Of a DNA stretch of 64,000 bases, positions 24,823 through 39,380 are shown one piece after another. This DNA is from Ylistrum balloti (Eukaryota), in assembly GCF_031769215.1 (NCBI RefSeq), contig NW_026782361.1, forward strand, positions 1,178,001 to 1,242,000, in the 5' to 3' direction. Each line of letters begins with the position of its first letter. Positions within the stretch are counted from its first letter, which is position 1. A model generated the notes under the pieces. The model made no database searches and was not told the origin of the DNA. It saw only the letters and a program-made list of their open reading frames with translations. The position numbers and the translations under genes were made by a program.

Positions 24823-27800
24823 TCATTTTAAAAATGTCTTATAGAGAACCTTAGATTTGCACATGGATCTTTCCTGTTCCATGAAGAAGAGAACATCCCT
24901 TAACGTTACTCTTTTAATCCTTGGTCTGGACGTCTACAACCACAAAAGAAAATAGCAACTTAAATATATCGTTTATGATCTCTCATATATCTGCTATAAT
25001 TAACATAAATCCAAGCCTATTTCTATATACAAACCAGGAAGTAGAAAGGGAGGAGTTTTAGTATTTGAAAATTGGGATTTATAGAAGACAAGACAGGAAA
25101 TTTGAAGTACTTACAAATCCAGATTTATAGAAGAAAGGAGATTCAGTGTACTTACAGATCTGGATGATGATGATCCTAAACCATTGGACAGATTCAATCC
25201 TCCTGAGCTTCCCTGTGGACAAAACATTTACAAGATCCAATATTCATTGGGATGAAACAAAAGCATTCACATTACCAGAAATAAGTAAGTGATGTGATGA
25301 AATTTAAAAAGTTAACTTTTACTTCTTAATGACTAAATGAAAAAAAATGTCATTACCACTTGTGTAGTACTAGTAAAAGTATTACATCCAACATTATCCT
25401 GGTCAATTGACCAGGCTTCTGTTGTACACAACTAGGATTCTTGTCAATCAACTAGGCTTCTGTTGTACACAACTAGGATTCTTGTCAATCAACTAGGCTT
25501 CTGTTGTACACAACTAGGATTCTTGTCAATCAACTAGGCTTCTGTTGTACACAACTAGGATTCTTGTTAATCAACCAGACTTTCACAAATAGGTTAGTAG
25601 TATACTGATGATGTCTATATAAGTTTCCAGATCCACTCTTGAGAAATAGTTATCAATGTTGAACATAATCAGATTATAATCCAAGTTTCATAATTCTTGA
25701 AAAAAAATTCCTTTGGGTAACAAGAATTGAACAGTTTGACAATGGAACTTGCATACATACCTGACTTGACTCCCCAAAATCAGTTTTCCGTTTCTTTCGA
25801 GGCCCTATTGCTGCTAGTGCTGTTAGATTTGCTTCCGCTTGTCTCATTCGTTCTATCTCAGCTTGTTGTAACTGTAAATACAGAGACACTTAAAGTGTAT
25901 AATTCATAATTACATAAACAAAGTCACCTTACAATATCTTTATATCTTATAAGCTAGAATTGTACTTTCATGCATTAAATAAAATACCGATAAAAAATAA
26001 TCCATGAAGCCAATTTCAATCTCTACCTCCATCCTTCCTCACCCACCACTCCTCACATTCGTATCCTTCATCACAAGTCATTAAAAGTAACAGTCTTAAA
26101 GACAGATTGTATTTGAATGATAAGAATAAAGAAGGAAACAAGAACAGAAAAAATAAATATAGCAAACCTCTTTGGCCTTTTGTTTAATTTTCTGCTGTTC
26201 TGGATCTTCATGTTTTGATCGGCTCTGTCAAAATTAGATATCATAATTACACATACTGACAAACATAAATCAAACACAACTATCTTCTAGACAAAATGAT
26301 TATTTTACATGATGATGCAAACAGCCAACAAAATATACATACCAGTTAAACTTTACAATTCATACCATGCACAAAAAGCTGAAAATGTTTTACTTTCAAA
26401 AGTGTATACAGATATCTCAACATAAATCATCTTTATATATATATCTCTCTTTATTATATTTATGGAGTTGAGTTGGTGTCAGTATACTAGTGAAAGCTTG
26501 TTGAGTCAGTAAGAGCTGGTGTTTCAACTGTGTCCAATAGTTGAAGGGACAGAAAACCAACACTGTGCAGGTGTTCAAGTACCACAACATTTGACCAGTA
26601 CATCATCAACACCCAACACTACTGTCACCATAACATCCACAAAAACCTTCAGAATTTATCTCCCTATCTCCATAGAACTTCATTCATGTACATACAACTT
26701 AATAATGTATATACAACTTAAATCATGCATGTTCTCAATTAAGTACATAGCATTTAACACCTTAATTTTGTACATAAACTAAATTCTGTATACAACACAG
26801 GAATCCTATATACACAACATAAATCCTGAGCATACACCTAAATTATATGGAGAAATATCCCTCTTACCTTGGCTGCCTTCATTATTTTTTCCCATTCTTG
26901 TTCCTCATGCCTTTTCTTTTCTAACTTGTCAAGCTCTTCTATAAACTTTAACTGAGACTTCACATCCTTTGTTACTTCAAACCTATCATTCATCTAAAAT
27001 AGAAACAGATCTAAAATTAGTAAAATGTGGTAGAGCATAAAGAGTCAATATGGTGAGAAAACTAAGCATCTATAAAATGAGTTTTAAATCTGCTATATGG
27101 CATTTGGGCCATAAAAAATGTATTCTACAAACAGTTATGCATGACATTTACCTTTTCATTACTTAAATAATTAAAAGAAAAATTACTCATAATCTCATCT
27201 GAATTTTGGCCTTGTCAGCAAATAAATCAACCATGAAATTCTTTGATAAAGTCATTATGATACATGATTAATGTTATTTTTTTTGTTTCTTTGGGTATTT
27301 TGAAGAAGAGGAAGTGGTTAGAGGTATTGACACAAGCACATGCAACACCTGTCAACTGCAGGATGAAGATATAAGTGTTTTACAAAAGACTATCAAGTCT
27401 ATTCGAGTAAAAAAATTTGATGGTTGACATCCCTTAATTTAGCCTGCAGTCCTGGGTGAGATAGATGGATTTACTGGAACAGTCCTCACGTATTCTGTAC
27501 ACCAAGGAATGGATTACTTCATAGAGTTGCTACTACAGACTTACTTTATATATTTCTATTCTATGTTCTGCTATTGTCGCTAACTTTTCTAAAACATCTC
27601 GCATCCGTTCCTGAGCAGCATGAGACACAAGATTAATCACATCTGTTGACACCTCGTCTACACCATGTTTCTTTGCTGGAAAAGAAAAGAGTAAATATAC
27701 TTCAGACATTTGTAGCTTAACACATTGTAAATAACAACATCACAATAGCAGTGATTTTAGAGAATTGCACTATTGTTATTTTACAGAAAGTAATGTTTCA

Positions 27801-30800
27801 TTTACAACATGCAACTTTGTTTTCTGCAGACTCTGAAAATCAACCCCACGGAAAAACTTTTGTTAAGAGGGAATGATATGTGATGGTGTGTGATCATCCC
27901 ATAGGAACAAGTGATTGTGCGTGTACTACAGTCAAACTTTTATGAATCAAACTTTGATATTTCCAAATTCTCCCTGTATCAATTTTTTATCGAGTTACAA
28001 AATTTATTCCTATATATCATTACTAACTTACCCCTTTATGAATCAAAATGTTATAAATCAAACTTTTTGACGTATCCAAGTTTTTTTATGGGCCATTAGC
28101 TATGATAACAAAGTCCTTGACACCTCCTTCTTCGAACAAACCGTTTACCTGTGTTAGTGTAAATGTATTTTCACCTCAAGGCAAAATTTCACACACTTCA
28201 TCAGAGTGCTACCTGACAATGGGATTATGATAGCATGCTGTCATTAGCTCTGTGTTAAAAGATTAATTAAAGACTGAACACAGATTAAAGTTTAATTGCT
28301 TACTTACAAGCCAGGACATTTAATCAAAGATAATGGGACGTTGTGTGATGTTCACACTGCCACTATTGCCATAACAGCTAATTCCTGAACACTAGTATGA
28401 TGATTTTACTCATTCCCAAAGCTTCACTTTCTAGTTTTAAGCATAAAACCATGGGAAACAGTGATTTATCAATCATGTGTTCTATTGATTCAGACTAACC
28501 GTTGTCTGAACATCTGGCAGACACTCTAATAATTTTTACGTCCTAACATGTGTGATGTTAGTAATGTCGTTTCTGGACAGAATACATTATGATGTTAATT
28601 TGCTTTCTTTTTAATTCATTAGTGCCTCTAATGTTTATGTATCAGGCTTAAAATAATTACTTTGGCAGGTGAAGACCTCTTTAGTGCTGCATGTCGTTTC
28701 ATTCTATACTGATCCATAAAATACATATCCGGTGTGACATGAATGCACAAATGTATACACAGGCACTCATTGATTTTTCATTGATTTTTATATACAGTTA
28801 TGTGTGTTTCTCATGAATAAAATGTTTGTCTTGAGATAAAACCCATTATGAATGATTCAAAACCATTATGTATCAAAGTTTTTTTGCAAGTCCCTTGAAC
28901 ATTGAAACATCAAAGTTTGTCAGTCTTTCTGCTTCCTGTAATAACTGTCAAATCCATCGATCAACTATGGAAGAGTCAGTTCCAGTAGCTACCTTACTAA
29001 CAGGCAGTCAACTGATTGTACTGCAGTTAAGTAGTTATCTTTATCACTGTAGCGATAAAGTTCACAGACATAAAGTTTTTTTCCACTTTTCAGTTTAAAC
29101 CACAAAATAAAATTTTTTTACACTGCAAAATTTCAAAACATATTTTCTTAGAAGTTTGTATTTCAAAAGACATTTTGTCATCTGGACCTGTAAGTCTCTT
29201 ACATGTTGACAAGCTGTTAAAATATTAATTTTTTTACCTATAGCACTAATCCGACTTTGTAAAGTTGCATGGTGAAGAAAGGCTTCATCTTTACATGAGC
29301 GTATCTGTGTGCCAATGAAATCTGCATTTGTGGCAAGGATATTTTTGGATTCTTCTGACAGGTTCACACCTCCCATAGTTGCTACATCATTGATGTCATC
29401 ATCATCTCTGTATAAAAACAAACAAAATAAGATAACCATACTAGCAAAACGTTTGATTTGCCTATTTACCATAACATCAAAACTTTTAAACATAGTTTTT
29501 TCCAATTATCAGTTGTCATAAAATCTTACTGAAATGAATATATCATTATAACTTGGTCAGTTTTTATTTTCATAAGAAAATCAAGAAGAGGTCCAAGGAA
29601 ATTTCAATATGACAGATAATTTCTGAAACAATTTCCCAACTAGGTTCCCATCTTGTGGTTAAACAGAAGTTAGATTCACCATTCATGAAATTTTTTTTAA
29701 ACCAAACTTCAACAGAAGAAGAATTTTTTTTAGAACATACATTTGTCCAATCGGGCCCCACCTCTCTTGACCCAAGGGGCCGGGATCCACTGTTGATTCA
29801 GAACTGATTCCCTTTCACCTAAGAATACATCAGACCAAATCCCGGCCATACTTACAGGAGGAGCAGGATTTTAAATGATTTACCCTATTTCCTATATTAG
29901 ACCCTACCCCTATTGCCCTTGGGGGCTGAGACCTAACAATTATACAAAACTGAATCCCCTTCACCACAGAATGCTTCAGTTCAGACCATGGGCTATATCC
30001 ATTCATTCCTACAGAAACTTACTTTATTTTCCCTATTGGGTCTTGTCCCTTCTGAACCAATATTCATATAAACATTCCCACAGGATGCTTTGGACAAAAT
30101 TTGGTAAAAAATCTATTCGGTCGTTCAGTAGCAATTTTTATCAAAACGTTGACAGACACCGGACAAATAACAAATGCTGCACCATGGCATAAGATCACTG
30201 GTCCTCAGACCAAGTGTGCTAAAAGGGACAAAAATAAATTTCACAAACCCTAATCACTTATGCACAAATTTTCTCTACAGTGTAGTGAAGGCGATTTGTA
30301 AAAAGAGATTTAATAACCCACAAATGAGTACTAACTTGAGGGAGTCATATTTCGGTTTTTCACGGTGACCCGCTGTGCTGCCATGTGACTTTGTTTGTCC
30401 CTGTACAGTGTTGACTGTGGGTAGTCCCTGGACCCCGTGAGCCCCATGAGCCCCTGGAACCCGTCCAGTAACCACTGTCTTTGGTATGCTGCCCCGGTTG
30501 TGTGCCACACTTTTCTGTATATGCTGCACCTGAATCATCCCTGGCTGACTTTTGGCTGTGTTTAAAAGCTAAATACAACAAAAGACATGAATTATGTACA
30601 GATTTATCCAAATGAAAATCATTTAATATCCAGTGAAAAGAAAGCAGATGACAGTGAGATACTTTTATAATCAAGTTGAAACAATAAATTCCTTCATTTC
30701 CTGACATTAATGCTGAACTCGGGCCTTTTTATTTTTTTTTAGACAAGTTTTACAGCCTACATATTAATATCAAACCAATTAATTGTGAATGACAACCGTT

Positions 30801-33800
30801 AATCATTCATATTTTGTCAGAATGTGGCTATAAAGTTTTGTACAGTCAAACCTGCCTAAACGGCCATATTCCCATTAAAGCTTCTTGTTTTGGTTCCTGG
30901 TGTAGTACTCTTAAAGTAAATAAATCTCTACATAAAAGCCACCTGTCTTCAAAAGCCATTTTTCTCAGTTGCAGTAAGACGCCTTCATAGACACATTTGA
31001 TGGTGTTTGTACAATGATTTAAACCATCACAGAGGATCAATACATACTTTTTCTGTGAGGGACTTACATGAGGGATCTGGTTTTGTACTTGGCCCACTGA
31101 TGTTGCTGCTGAGGGTATTATCACATTTTGCTGCAGGACAGACATAGGTGGTGCTCTTACACCTTCTATTGACATCTTGTTCTGTATCAGTGACTTACGC
31201 AAGAGAGGCAGACTTTTCTGGAATCACAAAAGTCACAAATATAACAGGCAGGTTATATCAACAAAGAGGATCAAATATTTATAAACAGAATGAATGATCT
31301 AAACAGTATCTTCATACCTGATCCAGTTAAGGACCTGCAATACCTACATACCTGACCCAGTTAAGGACCTGGAATACCTATATACCTGATCCAGTTAAGG
31401 ACCCGAAATACCTATATACCTGATCCAGTTAAGGACCTGGAATACCTACATACCTAATCTAGTTAAGGACCTGGAATACCTACATACCTGACCCTGTTAA
31501 GGACCTGGAATACCTATATACCTGATCCAGTTAAGGACCCAGAATACCTACATACCTGATCTAGTTAAGGACCTGGAATACCTACATACCTAATCTAGTT
31601 AAGGACCTGGAATATCTACATACCTGACCCAGTTAAGGACCTGGAATACCTATATACCTGACCCAGTTAAGGACCTGTAATACCTACATACCTGATTCAG
31701 TTAAGGACCTGGAATACCTACATACCTGACCCAGTTAAGGACCTGGAATACCTATATACCTGATCCAGTTAAGGACCCGGAATACCTATATACTTGATCC
31801 AGTTAAGGACCTGGAATACCTACATACCTGACCCAGTTAAGGACCTGGAATACCTATATACCTGACCCAGTTAAGGACCTGGAATACCTATATACCTGAT
31901 CCAGTTAAGGACCCAGAATACCTATATACCTGATCCAGTTAAGGACCCGGAATATCTATATACCTGATCAAGTTAAGGACCTGGAATACCTACATACCTG
32001 ATCCATTTAAAGACCTGGAATACCTACATACCTGATCCAGTTAAGGACCTGGAATACCTACATACCTGAAATAGTTAAGGACCTGGAATACCTACATACC
32101 TGGAGTAGTTAAGGACCTGGAATACCTACATACCTGATCCAGTTAAGGACCTGGAATACCTACATACCTGATCCAGTTAAGGACCCGGAATACCTACATA
32201 CCTGATCCAGTTAAGGACCTGGAATACCTACATACCTGATCCAGTTAAGGAGCTGGAATACCTATATACCTGCAGTAGTTAAGGACCTGGAATACCTACA
32301 TACCTGGAGTAGTGAAGGACCCAGAATATCTATATAACTGATCTTGTTAAGGACCTGTAATACCTACATACCTGATCCAGTTAAGGACCTGTGATACCTA
32401 CATATCTGATCCAGTTAAGGACCTGGAATACCTACATACCTGGAGTAGTTAAGGACCAGGCCCCACTTGTATAAAACATCTCAACTTGAGATTTCCTCAA
32501 GTCAAGATTTTCCTCAGCTGATATCTCCTCAAAAACGGCTTGTATAAAATTTTCTCAAGGAACAGGAGGAAGTCATCGGCTAGGATGTCCTGAAATTCCT
32601 TGAGGAATTTTCATACAAGATATTTTCAAGGAGATATCAGCTGAGGAAAATCTCGACTTGAGGAAATCTCAAGTGGAAATGTTTTATACAAGTGGGGCCT
32701 GGAATACCTACATACCTGGAGTAGTTAAGGACCCGGAATACCTATATAACTGATCTAGTGAAGAATAATGTTATGCAACATGATTCCGATGAAAATTAGG
32801 TCAATCTTCATACAATATCTCTCAGTTCATAGAAACATAGCCGAGTCAAATATTTCATTTGGTCCTGTTGACTTTGACTTATCCCTATTTTACTGTACCT
32901 ACATACATGGAAAAGATAAGTATCAGCTGTAGGATCAATCCTGTACAAGCATCCATCCATACATACATATGCTATACCATTGGTCTTACCTATTGTCAGT
33001 CAATATGACTTTTCAATGAACAAGAATGTTATATCCAAAGAAATTACTTCTTTTTAATCCAAAAGCAAAATAACTCAGATTTCAAATGTATAAAATCCTA
33101 TTTCTTAATTCAGATATTCTGAGTTTATTGCTTCATCATAACGATAAAATTTCAAAACCTTGATGACTGATAAAGCTGGATGACATGGTAATAGTGTTAC
33201 CTTTAAGAATGGGACTAGGTATGGCTGGGGGGATGACTTAAGTTCTGCCTGTAATCTTTCTGTAAAGGCCTCAGGTTCCACTTTACCATCCTGTAAATGT
33301 AGAAGATTAAAGTATCTTTGGAGTCATGGTAATTATACTAAATCCTCATTTCAAAGAATGAACTCTTTAACGCCAACTTCTTTGTCTCATTTACATATAC
33401 ATAAAGGTGATCATGGCAATGCTGGTATGATGTACAGTGTGGGACAGGCATATAAAAAGTACAAAACCCTTCAGTTCTTTAGAGATTCTACTGAATTTTT
33501 TATGTAACACTATCATAACATTCACCTTGAAGAATTCAAATTGCTATTTCTCAACACCAGCTAGTAATATCCAATTTCACAATGTAACTGGTGTCCTCAA
33601 TGAATTGATAAAATGCATATAATTCTGATGACAACATTGACCATGAAGGATAAAGTGTACAGCTTAATAACTGGTAATACTTTCATCATTAATCTTATTT
33701 AGTACTTGAATCTGCAATTTGGTAAGAAGGTATTCCTGCTTCAGATAACACATTTTCATGCAAAGAAATAGCAATTGTGAAAATTACAAATAGATAGATG

Positions 33801-36800
33801 GCATTCTTAAACCTGAAGCTTACAATGAGACCCTGGATGAGCTCTCGAACATTTTTGACAGTTTCTTTGGGTTGTCCTGCTGCAAGCTTCAACAATGTTG
33901 AGAGGAAATTTTTACATTTTTTCACATTATCTAGAGGCTGCTGCTGGACTTGACCAGAACTTTGGCCTGAAATAAGCAGAAAACAAAAATGTTTAACAGT
34001 ATTTTTTTCACATCTGTCAGTATATGTCATAATTGGCCTTAGTTATTGCATTTGAACAGTTAAAGATGTAAACAAAATACATTATATTGTGGAGTAGTGT
34101 TTTAAAGGAAAAGTTTATGGAAGATGCATGATAGCAATAGTTCATCATGACCCTTCTGGTCAGATCACCTAAAAAGAGCTCCTCAGCAAGAAATAATTGA
34201 AACAAAATATAAATTGCCAAACAGATAGACAGCACGATTCCAGTATACCCTACTGACTTTGTTTTAGAGAGGTATTAACTTGACCTGGCATCCTTGGGAT
34301 TTCTACCTTCTCTTGTATGGTGCCTATTCTAAACATACTAAAAAATTATATTTTTTAATCTATCATATTTTCCCAATTATAAGCCATGCAACGGTATACA
34401 GGATGATTTTAAGATTGAAATTTGAATAATATGCTTGTGGATTTAATAAATCGTAACTTTTAACATAATTCACAATAATATCTTATGAAATTCTGTTGTT
34501 GCTTCGGAAACCATAGTGAAAGTTTACAATAGCCTGTTGCATCATGGGATTGACAGGTCACCTGGTCAAATGCTAGAATGGCTGCCATGCTTGTTTACGA
34601 TAAGAATGGCTTTGTGTAACTCGCAAGAAATAATATGGGACTATAAGAATTTTGTCATCAAGGGCCTTCCACTAATATTTAAAAGTACAGACACCAATGG
34701 CGATATTGTTAAGTAAACCGTACGTAACGTCAGGCTTTATATCTGTGCATAGACAATCTTAGAAGGCTACCAAGCTAAACAATTTTGATAATTGCTATCT
34801 TACATCCTTCAAACACATCAATTAAATAAAGGACTACTGTGTATAATTGCAAACTTATATTAATATTAAAAGTTTCACTAACAACCTTGATAAAATGCCA
34901 TCCATTGTCGCTTATATCAACAAACTTTGGTCAACATAACAGTAACCATATCAGAAAGGGCGCAGGTTATATCCAGGTGCATCTTATATGTGGATCAAAT
35001 AATAAAAAAAAATTGCTACAATCCAGTCCTGCAGCTTATACTCATGTGTAGTTTATAGCCTTGAAAATACAGTAATTTCAACAAACTGAATATTTTTCAA
35101 AAGGGGAAGGGATGGGTATAAAAAGGTGATCTAATAGTAAACTTTACCTTAACTGGAACCACTTGTATCTCAAAGTGGTGCTCACTTCACAAACAATAGA
35201 CTTACTTGTTCCAGGAGTTGTTGAGGTGTTTGGTGCCATACTGGGGTTGGTTGCCCGAACAACAGTCTGAACCACCTGGCTTGATGCTGTAGACACAAGT
35301 GTTGGGGCTCCTGAGGAAGGGACGGTCTGACGGAGTACTGTCTGGTGTTGGCCAGCTATTGACGTACCAGACGGGTGTTGGATGGTGACTATCTGAGTCG
35401 TAGGAGGCCGTGCATGAGCTTGGACTGTGGTAGGAGGCTACGAACAAAACAATGATTTGCATAAATTCACACACAAAACATTTGAAATGACAAGACATAT
35501 CAAGAAAACATTTGGATCTTGAGGTCCTGAAAATAGGTTAAGCATTTGAACAAAACTAACAGACATCCTACTGGACTAGATTACCAGGTATTTGGAATTC
35601 AAATGAACTAATCAACTTTTGGTATTTCTATTCTGATATAACACTTCAAGTAAAGAGTGATACTTACCCTCACATACTGTATTCGGTGACCTGTTGTAGA
35701 ACTAACCATTGTTGTAGACACTGCCTGTTGTACTCCCCCTTGGTTAGCAGTGACAATCATAAACTGACCTTGTTCATTCTTCATCAACATCCCACCAGGA
35801 GGTAACATCCCCGTAGGCAATGTGATGGTTCCCTAAATATACATCATAACTGATTAGGGATACATTTAGCTATAACATGATGTTACATGTAAAGCTACTT
35901 TTTTTATCATCATTTTGTTTACCATCATATTCTAAGATGGAAACCTTTTGGCAGCCTAATGTTTCCTATGAAATACCTGTTCTGGACTGTGCATATGAAT
36001 ATTAAATCAGGTAATGTAATTTAACATACCTTTGAATCAAATACATCAACCCCTAAATACTAGTGTGCTGTAAAAGATGTTAAACATAAATGCAATTTTT
36101 CAGCCAACAGCATGAAACAGGCAATAATCCTTCATCAGACAATCAAATTACACTAAGACCAATGAACAGACACTGACGAGACAGATAGTAAATCTGTTCA
36201 CTGATTTTATATAAATGACAAATGCAAATTCCTTTCACGTTACTGAAGTTTACATTTCTCACCATTATAAATACTTAGTTCGTTTCCAAACAAAAACTAT
36301 CCTGATTACTATGAATTAATTCTAAGTTCTAGGTTTAATATGCAGACCTCATTGTTTCAAAGCTATTGGGGGACTAGACAAGGAATAGTTAATAGATTAT
36401 TTATTTGTACACTTAGAAAGATGGTACTGATGAAGCATTCCTTACAAAAACTTTTAGCAAAGTATAATCAGTTCCCTTTTAAACATGGTTACTAAATGCC
36501 CTGCTACTAGCACTAGCAAGGTGGTTAAACTAAAACATTATAACAACCTGATATGAAAAATATAGAATAAAAAAGGTAGAATAACTTTGGTCTTCAAAAA
36601 TTTAATCTGCAACTACAACATCTGACAAGTAGTTTTTTTTATGTAATTCCATGTACTAATGAAATAAACTGTCTACCGAACTATAACCCATCTCACATTC
36701 CTTTTGTAAGACATGCAAAATCCAAAAAGTTTTCAGCACATAGGTATATAGGTAAGTTTGTGTCTCCTGCAATTAAACCTGAACACAACGAAATGAGCGT

Positions 36801-39380
36801 TTCACTGCAGTGGAGTTTGATGTATCAGTAAGTATATATATAAAGAGAACGTCTGAATTAAAATGGCTCAACAAAAATTATATTTGTGGTGCTTCTTTAG
36901 CTCTCCTATAATGCCTGGGGATTACAATTGGAAACATTTCAGGAAATATATTCCAAAAACTGAAACATCATATAACCAATAATTACTGAAATGCATTGGG
37001 AAAAGAGCTGTCATTGACTTGTGACAGAAAACCAATTGATTGTTTGAAATGCAAAACAAGGACATTAATTGCAATTTGCCAGGAAAAAACTGTTACTCAG
37101 TGATGTTTACACCAACTCTATCATTGGACATTCCTAAGCCTAAATTAGGTCATTGAATACACTTATTGTTGGTAACAGCTTTAGCAAAATGTTAACTAGA
37201 TATTAACGATTGATCAAAACTGAACTTGAGTCTGTTACACTATGCTTTAATGCTCTATGCATGGTTTGGGAAATTTTCTGATGAATAATTTGCAGACTAA
37301 TGAATTCCTTGTCCCAACGAGTATTGGCCACTAGTCCATTGGTTAAGTTATTTGAAAGTTTTCGCTGGCCCTGATAAGCCTACCATGTTTCAATAGAAAC
37401 TGTTCAAAAACAAGGGCAATAACTCCTCAAAAATAGCCCAATCATAATACTATTGAGGAAAACACAACTTCATATCATAGCAATTTAGCCATCAACTATG
37501 AGATTGGCTGAAAACTACGGGAAATCTAGAAACCAGTAAACTGATTGGCAAATGACAAACATTTCAAAACAAACTTCTATTTTGTGAAGTAACAATTTCA
37601 TCTAAAACCTGAGCTTGCCTTACTAGTTATATACTGGTATTAACCCAAAAATTTGGGATTTCATTGTATTTTATTGATAGTGGAACTTCTTTTGGTTTAT
37701 AAATAACTTTTGTCAAAACATTTTTTGGGTTCTTTTTTTTTAAGATTCTGGAAAACAGCAGAAGGTAAGGCATCATCTAAATTCTTCTAAAAAGGATAAC
37801 TGTTTCACAGAAGGTGTTTATAATAACAGGTTAAAATACAATGAATTTTTTGTATTGGGCACATGCATTCAGTTGTGAAATATGACATCTCGCATAATGA
37901 AGAGTTTAGACTTCTGATGGACTTCCCATCACATTTAACCAAGACATCTCACAAATTTGAGTCAGTCTCAATATATCAAAATTCAAACATAATTATGATA
38001 CCGGTGATATTTATGCACATTATAACAAAAAATGTAGAAATAGGCCAACAACAATTTGCATATTTTAGCAACTTAAATACTTCTTACCGCTGTGGTTCCT
38101 GGCCGAGGTGCTATGTTGATTTGCTGTGGTCGTGCAGGTGAAGCAGTTGCCACCCGTGCTACTGCGCCTTTACTGTTTGTGAATCTTGGCACCACATTGG
38201 AACCACTGACACTAACCACATGCATAGGCACACCACTCGACTGTGGCGCTTGCTGACGCATCACAACCTGACCAGGCTGTGTATGTCCTGGAGTCCTCAC
38301 TGTAATAACACTTTGGTTCCCTGCTACACCACCTTTTATTGGTGCATTAACTATATGAACATTTGTTGCCTGTGTGATTTGACTACCAGCAACTGTAGGT
38401 ACAGATCCAGTTTGAATTTGTTGTGCTCCATGAACTGTCTGTATTGTCTGAATTGTCGGTGAGCCTTCATGTTTCACATTCGAGATGGGACTTCTCGTAG
38501 TTTGTTGATCATTTTTTATCAAAAACTGATTATGCTGTTGCGAGCTCATAGAGCCTTCTTGTTTGATAGTCGTTACACGCTCTTGTTTTAAAGCATTTAC
38601 ATTCCCAGAATTTACCTGGTCATGTTTCAAAATAATATGTCCTGGTTTTAACACTACATCCTGCTGACTAGAAAATTGTTGTGGAATGGTGATTCCTCCA
38701 GCACTTGATGTAACGTGTGGTATTATCACAGATTTCTGGTCAACTACTGTTTCACCTGGTTTTGAAATGACAATTCTTGTATTTACATTAGGAGAATGAG
38801 TAGTCCTGTTTAGATCTATTTGTGGCGAATTTGCACTCTGTACGTGGTTTGTATGCACTAAACTACTGGAATTGACTACTGCTTGGGGTAAAGGAGAACT
38901 TCTTGAATTCACTAGTGGCTGAGTGTTCGGTACTATTCTGACAGCATGCTGGTTGTTTACAACTCGGCTCGAGTTTGGTACAGGGGATTCCCTGTTACTT
39001 TGAGTATTGTTACTAGATGCTGCAACATTGTTTGAGTTTATTATAGAATTAATACCAATGATCTGGGGGTCTGATTGGGTCAGTTTCACCAATGGACTCG
39101 TGACAGAGTTCACAGTCACACTATTTGGTAAAGACAAACCTTTTAGTCCCTGTGTTACATTGGTGGTCTGTACAATGTTGAAAGATGATGCAGTACAAGC
39201 TACCGGAGTGCTTGCTGTAGTGATATGATTATTATTTATAGAAGACTCTGATATCGACTGTGAGTTATCCTTGTGTGTAGGGGAAGCCAATTGTCCTTCT
39301 AATGCACCAACTAAGGCACTAACGGCACTTTCATCTATCTCAGAGGTAATCAAATCGTCGATAAAATTGGCGGTCGCCAT
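24823..39380 (-). CDS. TAF4: Transcription initiation factor TFIID subunit 4, 14 exons, ~1022 aa
   Basis: Exons (minus): 39380-38088, 35832-35668, 35437-35206, 33966-33824, 33290-33201, 31217-31068, 30568-30336, 29407-29238, 27675-27545, 26993-26868, 26224-26168, 25871-25761, 25212-25156, 24933-24823; 3069 nt in frame. N-terminal IDDLITSEIDESAVSALVGALE; TAFH/NHR1 domain (NVKKCKNFLSTLLKLA...LQAELKSSPQPYLVPFLKKSLP); histone fold (DDDINDVATMGGVNLSEE...SCKDEAFL...VSHAAQERMR); EANLTALAAIGPRKKRK; C-terminal RIKRVTLRDVLFFMEQE. Confidence 0.97.
25408..25580. repeat. 41-bp minisatellite, ~4 copies (two CAACTAGG subunits), TAF4 intron 12
   Basis: Unit CAACTAGGCTTCTGTTGTACACAACTAGGATTCTTGTCAAT. Confidence 0.95.
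29584..30224 (+). mobile_element. Non-autonomous Helentron (HINE)-like element with degenerate internal satellite-like monomers, TAF4 intron 7
   Basis: Begins AAGAAGAGGTCCAAGG and ends CCATGGCATAAGATCACTGGTCCTCAGACCAAGTGTGCTAAAA, with a subterminal hairpin (CACTGGTC/GACCAAGTG) preceded by a GACAGACACCGGACA microsatellite remnant. Internal repeats of CCTT(T)CACC.A.AAT/GATGCTT. The architecture matches bivalve HINEs as I recall them. Confidence 0.6.
31316..32760. repeat. 34-bp minisatellite, ~35 copies, interrupted by a MITE, TAF4 intron 5
   Basis: Unit TACCTGATCCAGTTAAGGACCTGGAATACCTACA; the array spans 31316-32456 and resumes at 32702-32760. Confidence 0.97.
32457..32701. mobile_element. 245-bp fold-back MITE
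   Basis: Left arm CAGGCCCCACTTGTATAAAACAT..CTTGAGATTTCCTCAAGTC.AGATTTTCCTCAGCTGATATCTCCT pairs with right arm AGGAGATATCAGCTGAGGAAAATCT.GACTTGAGGAAATCTCAAG..ATGTTTTATACAAGTGGGGCCTG. An inner pair (CTTGTATAAAATTTTCTCAAGGA / TCCTTGAGGAATTTTCATACAAG) extends the hairpin. No ORF. Confidence 0.92.

Noticed and set aside
38220-39228. Plus-strand ORFs overlapping TAF4 exon 1
   Set aside because: Antisense shadows of a long coding exon.
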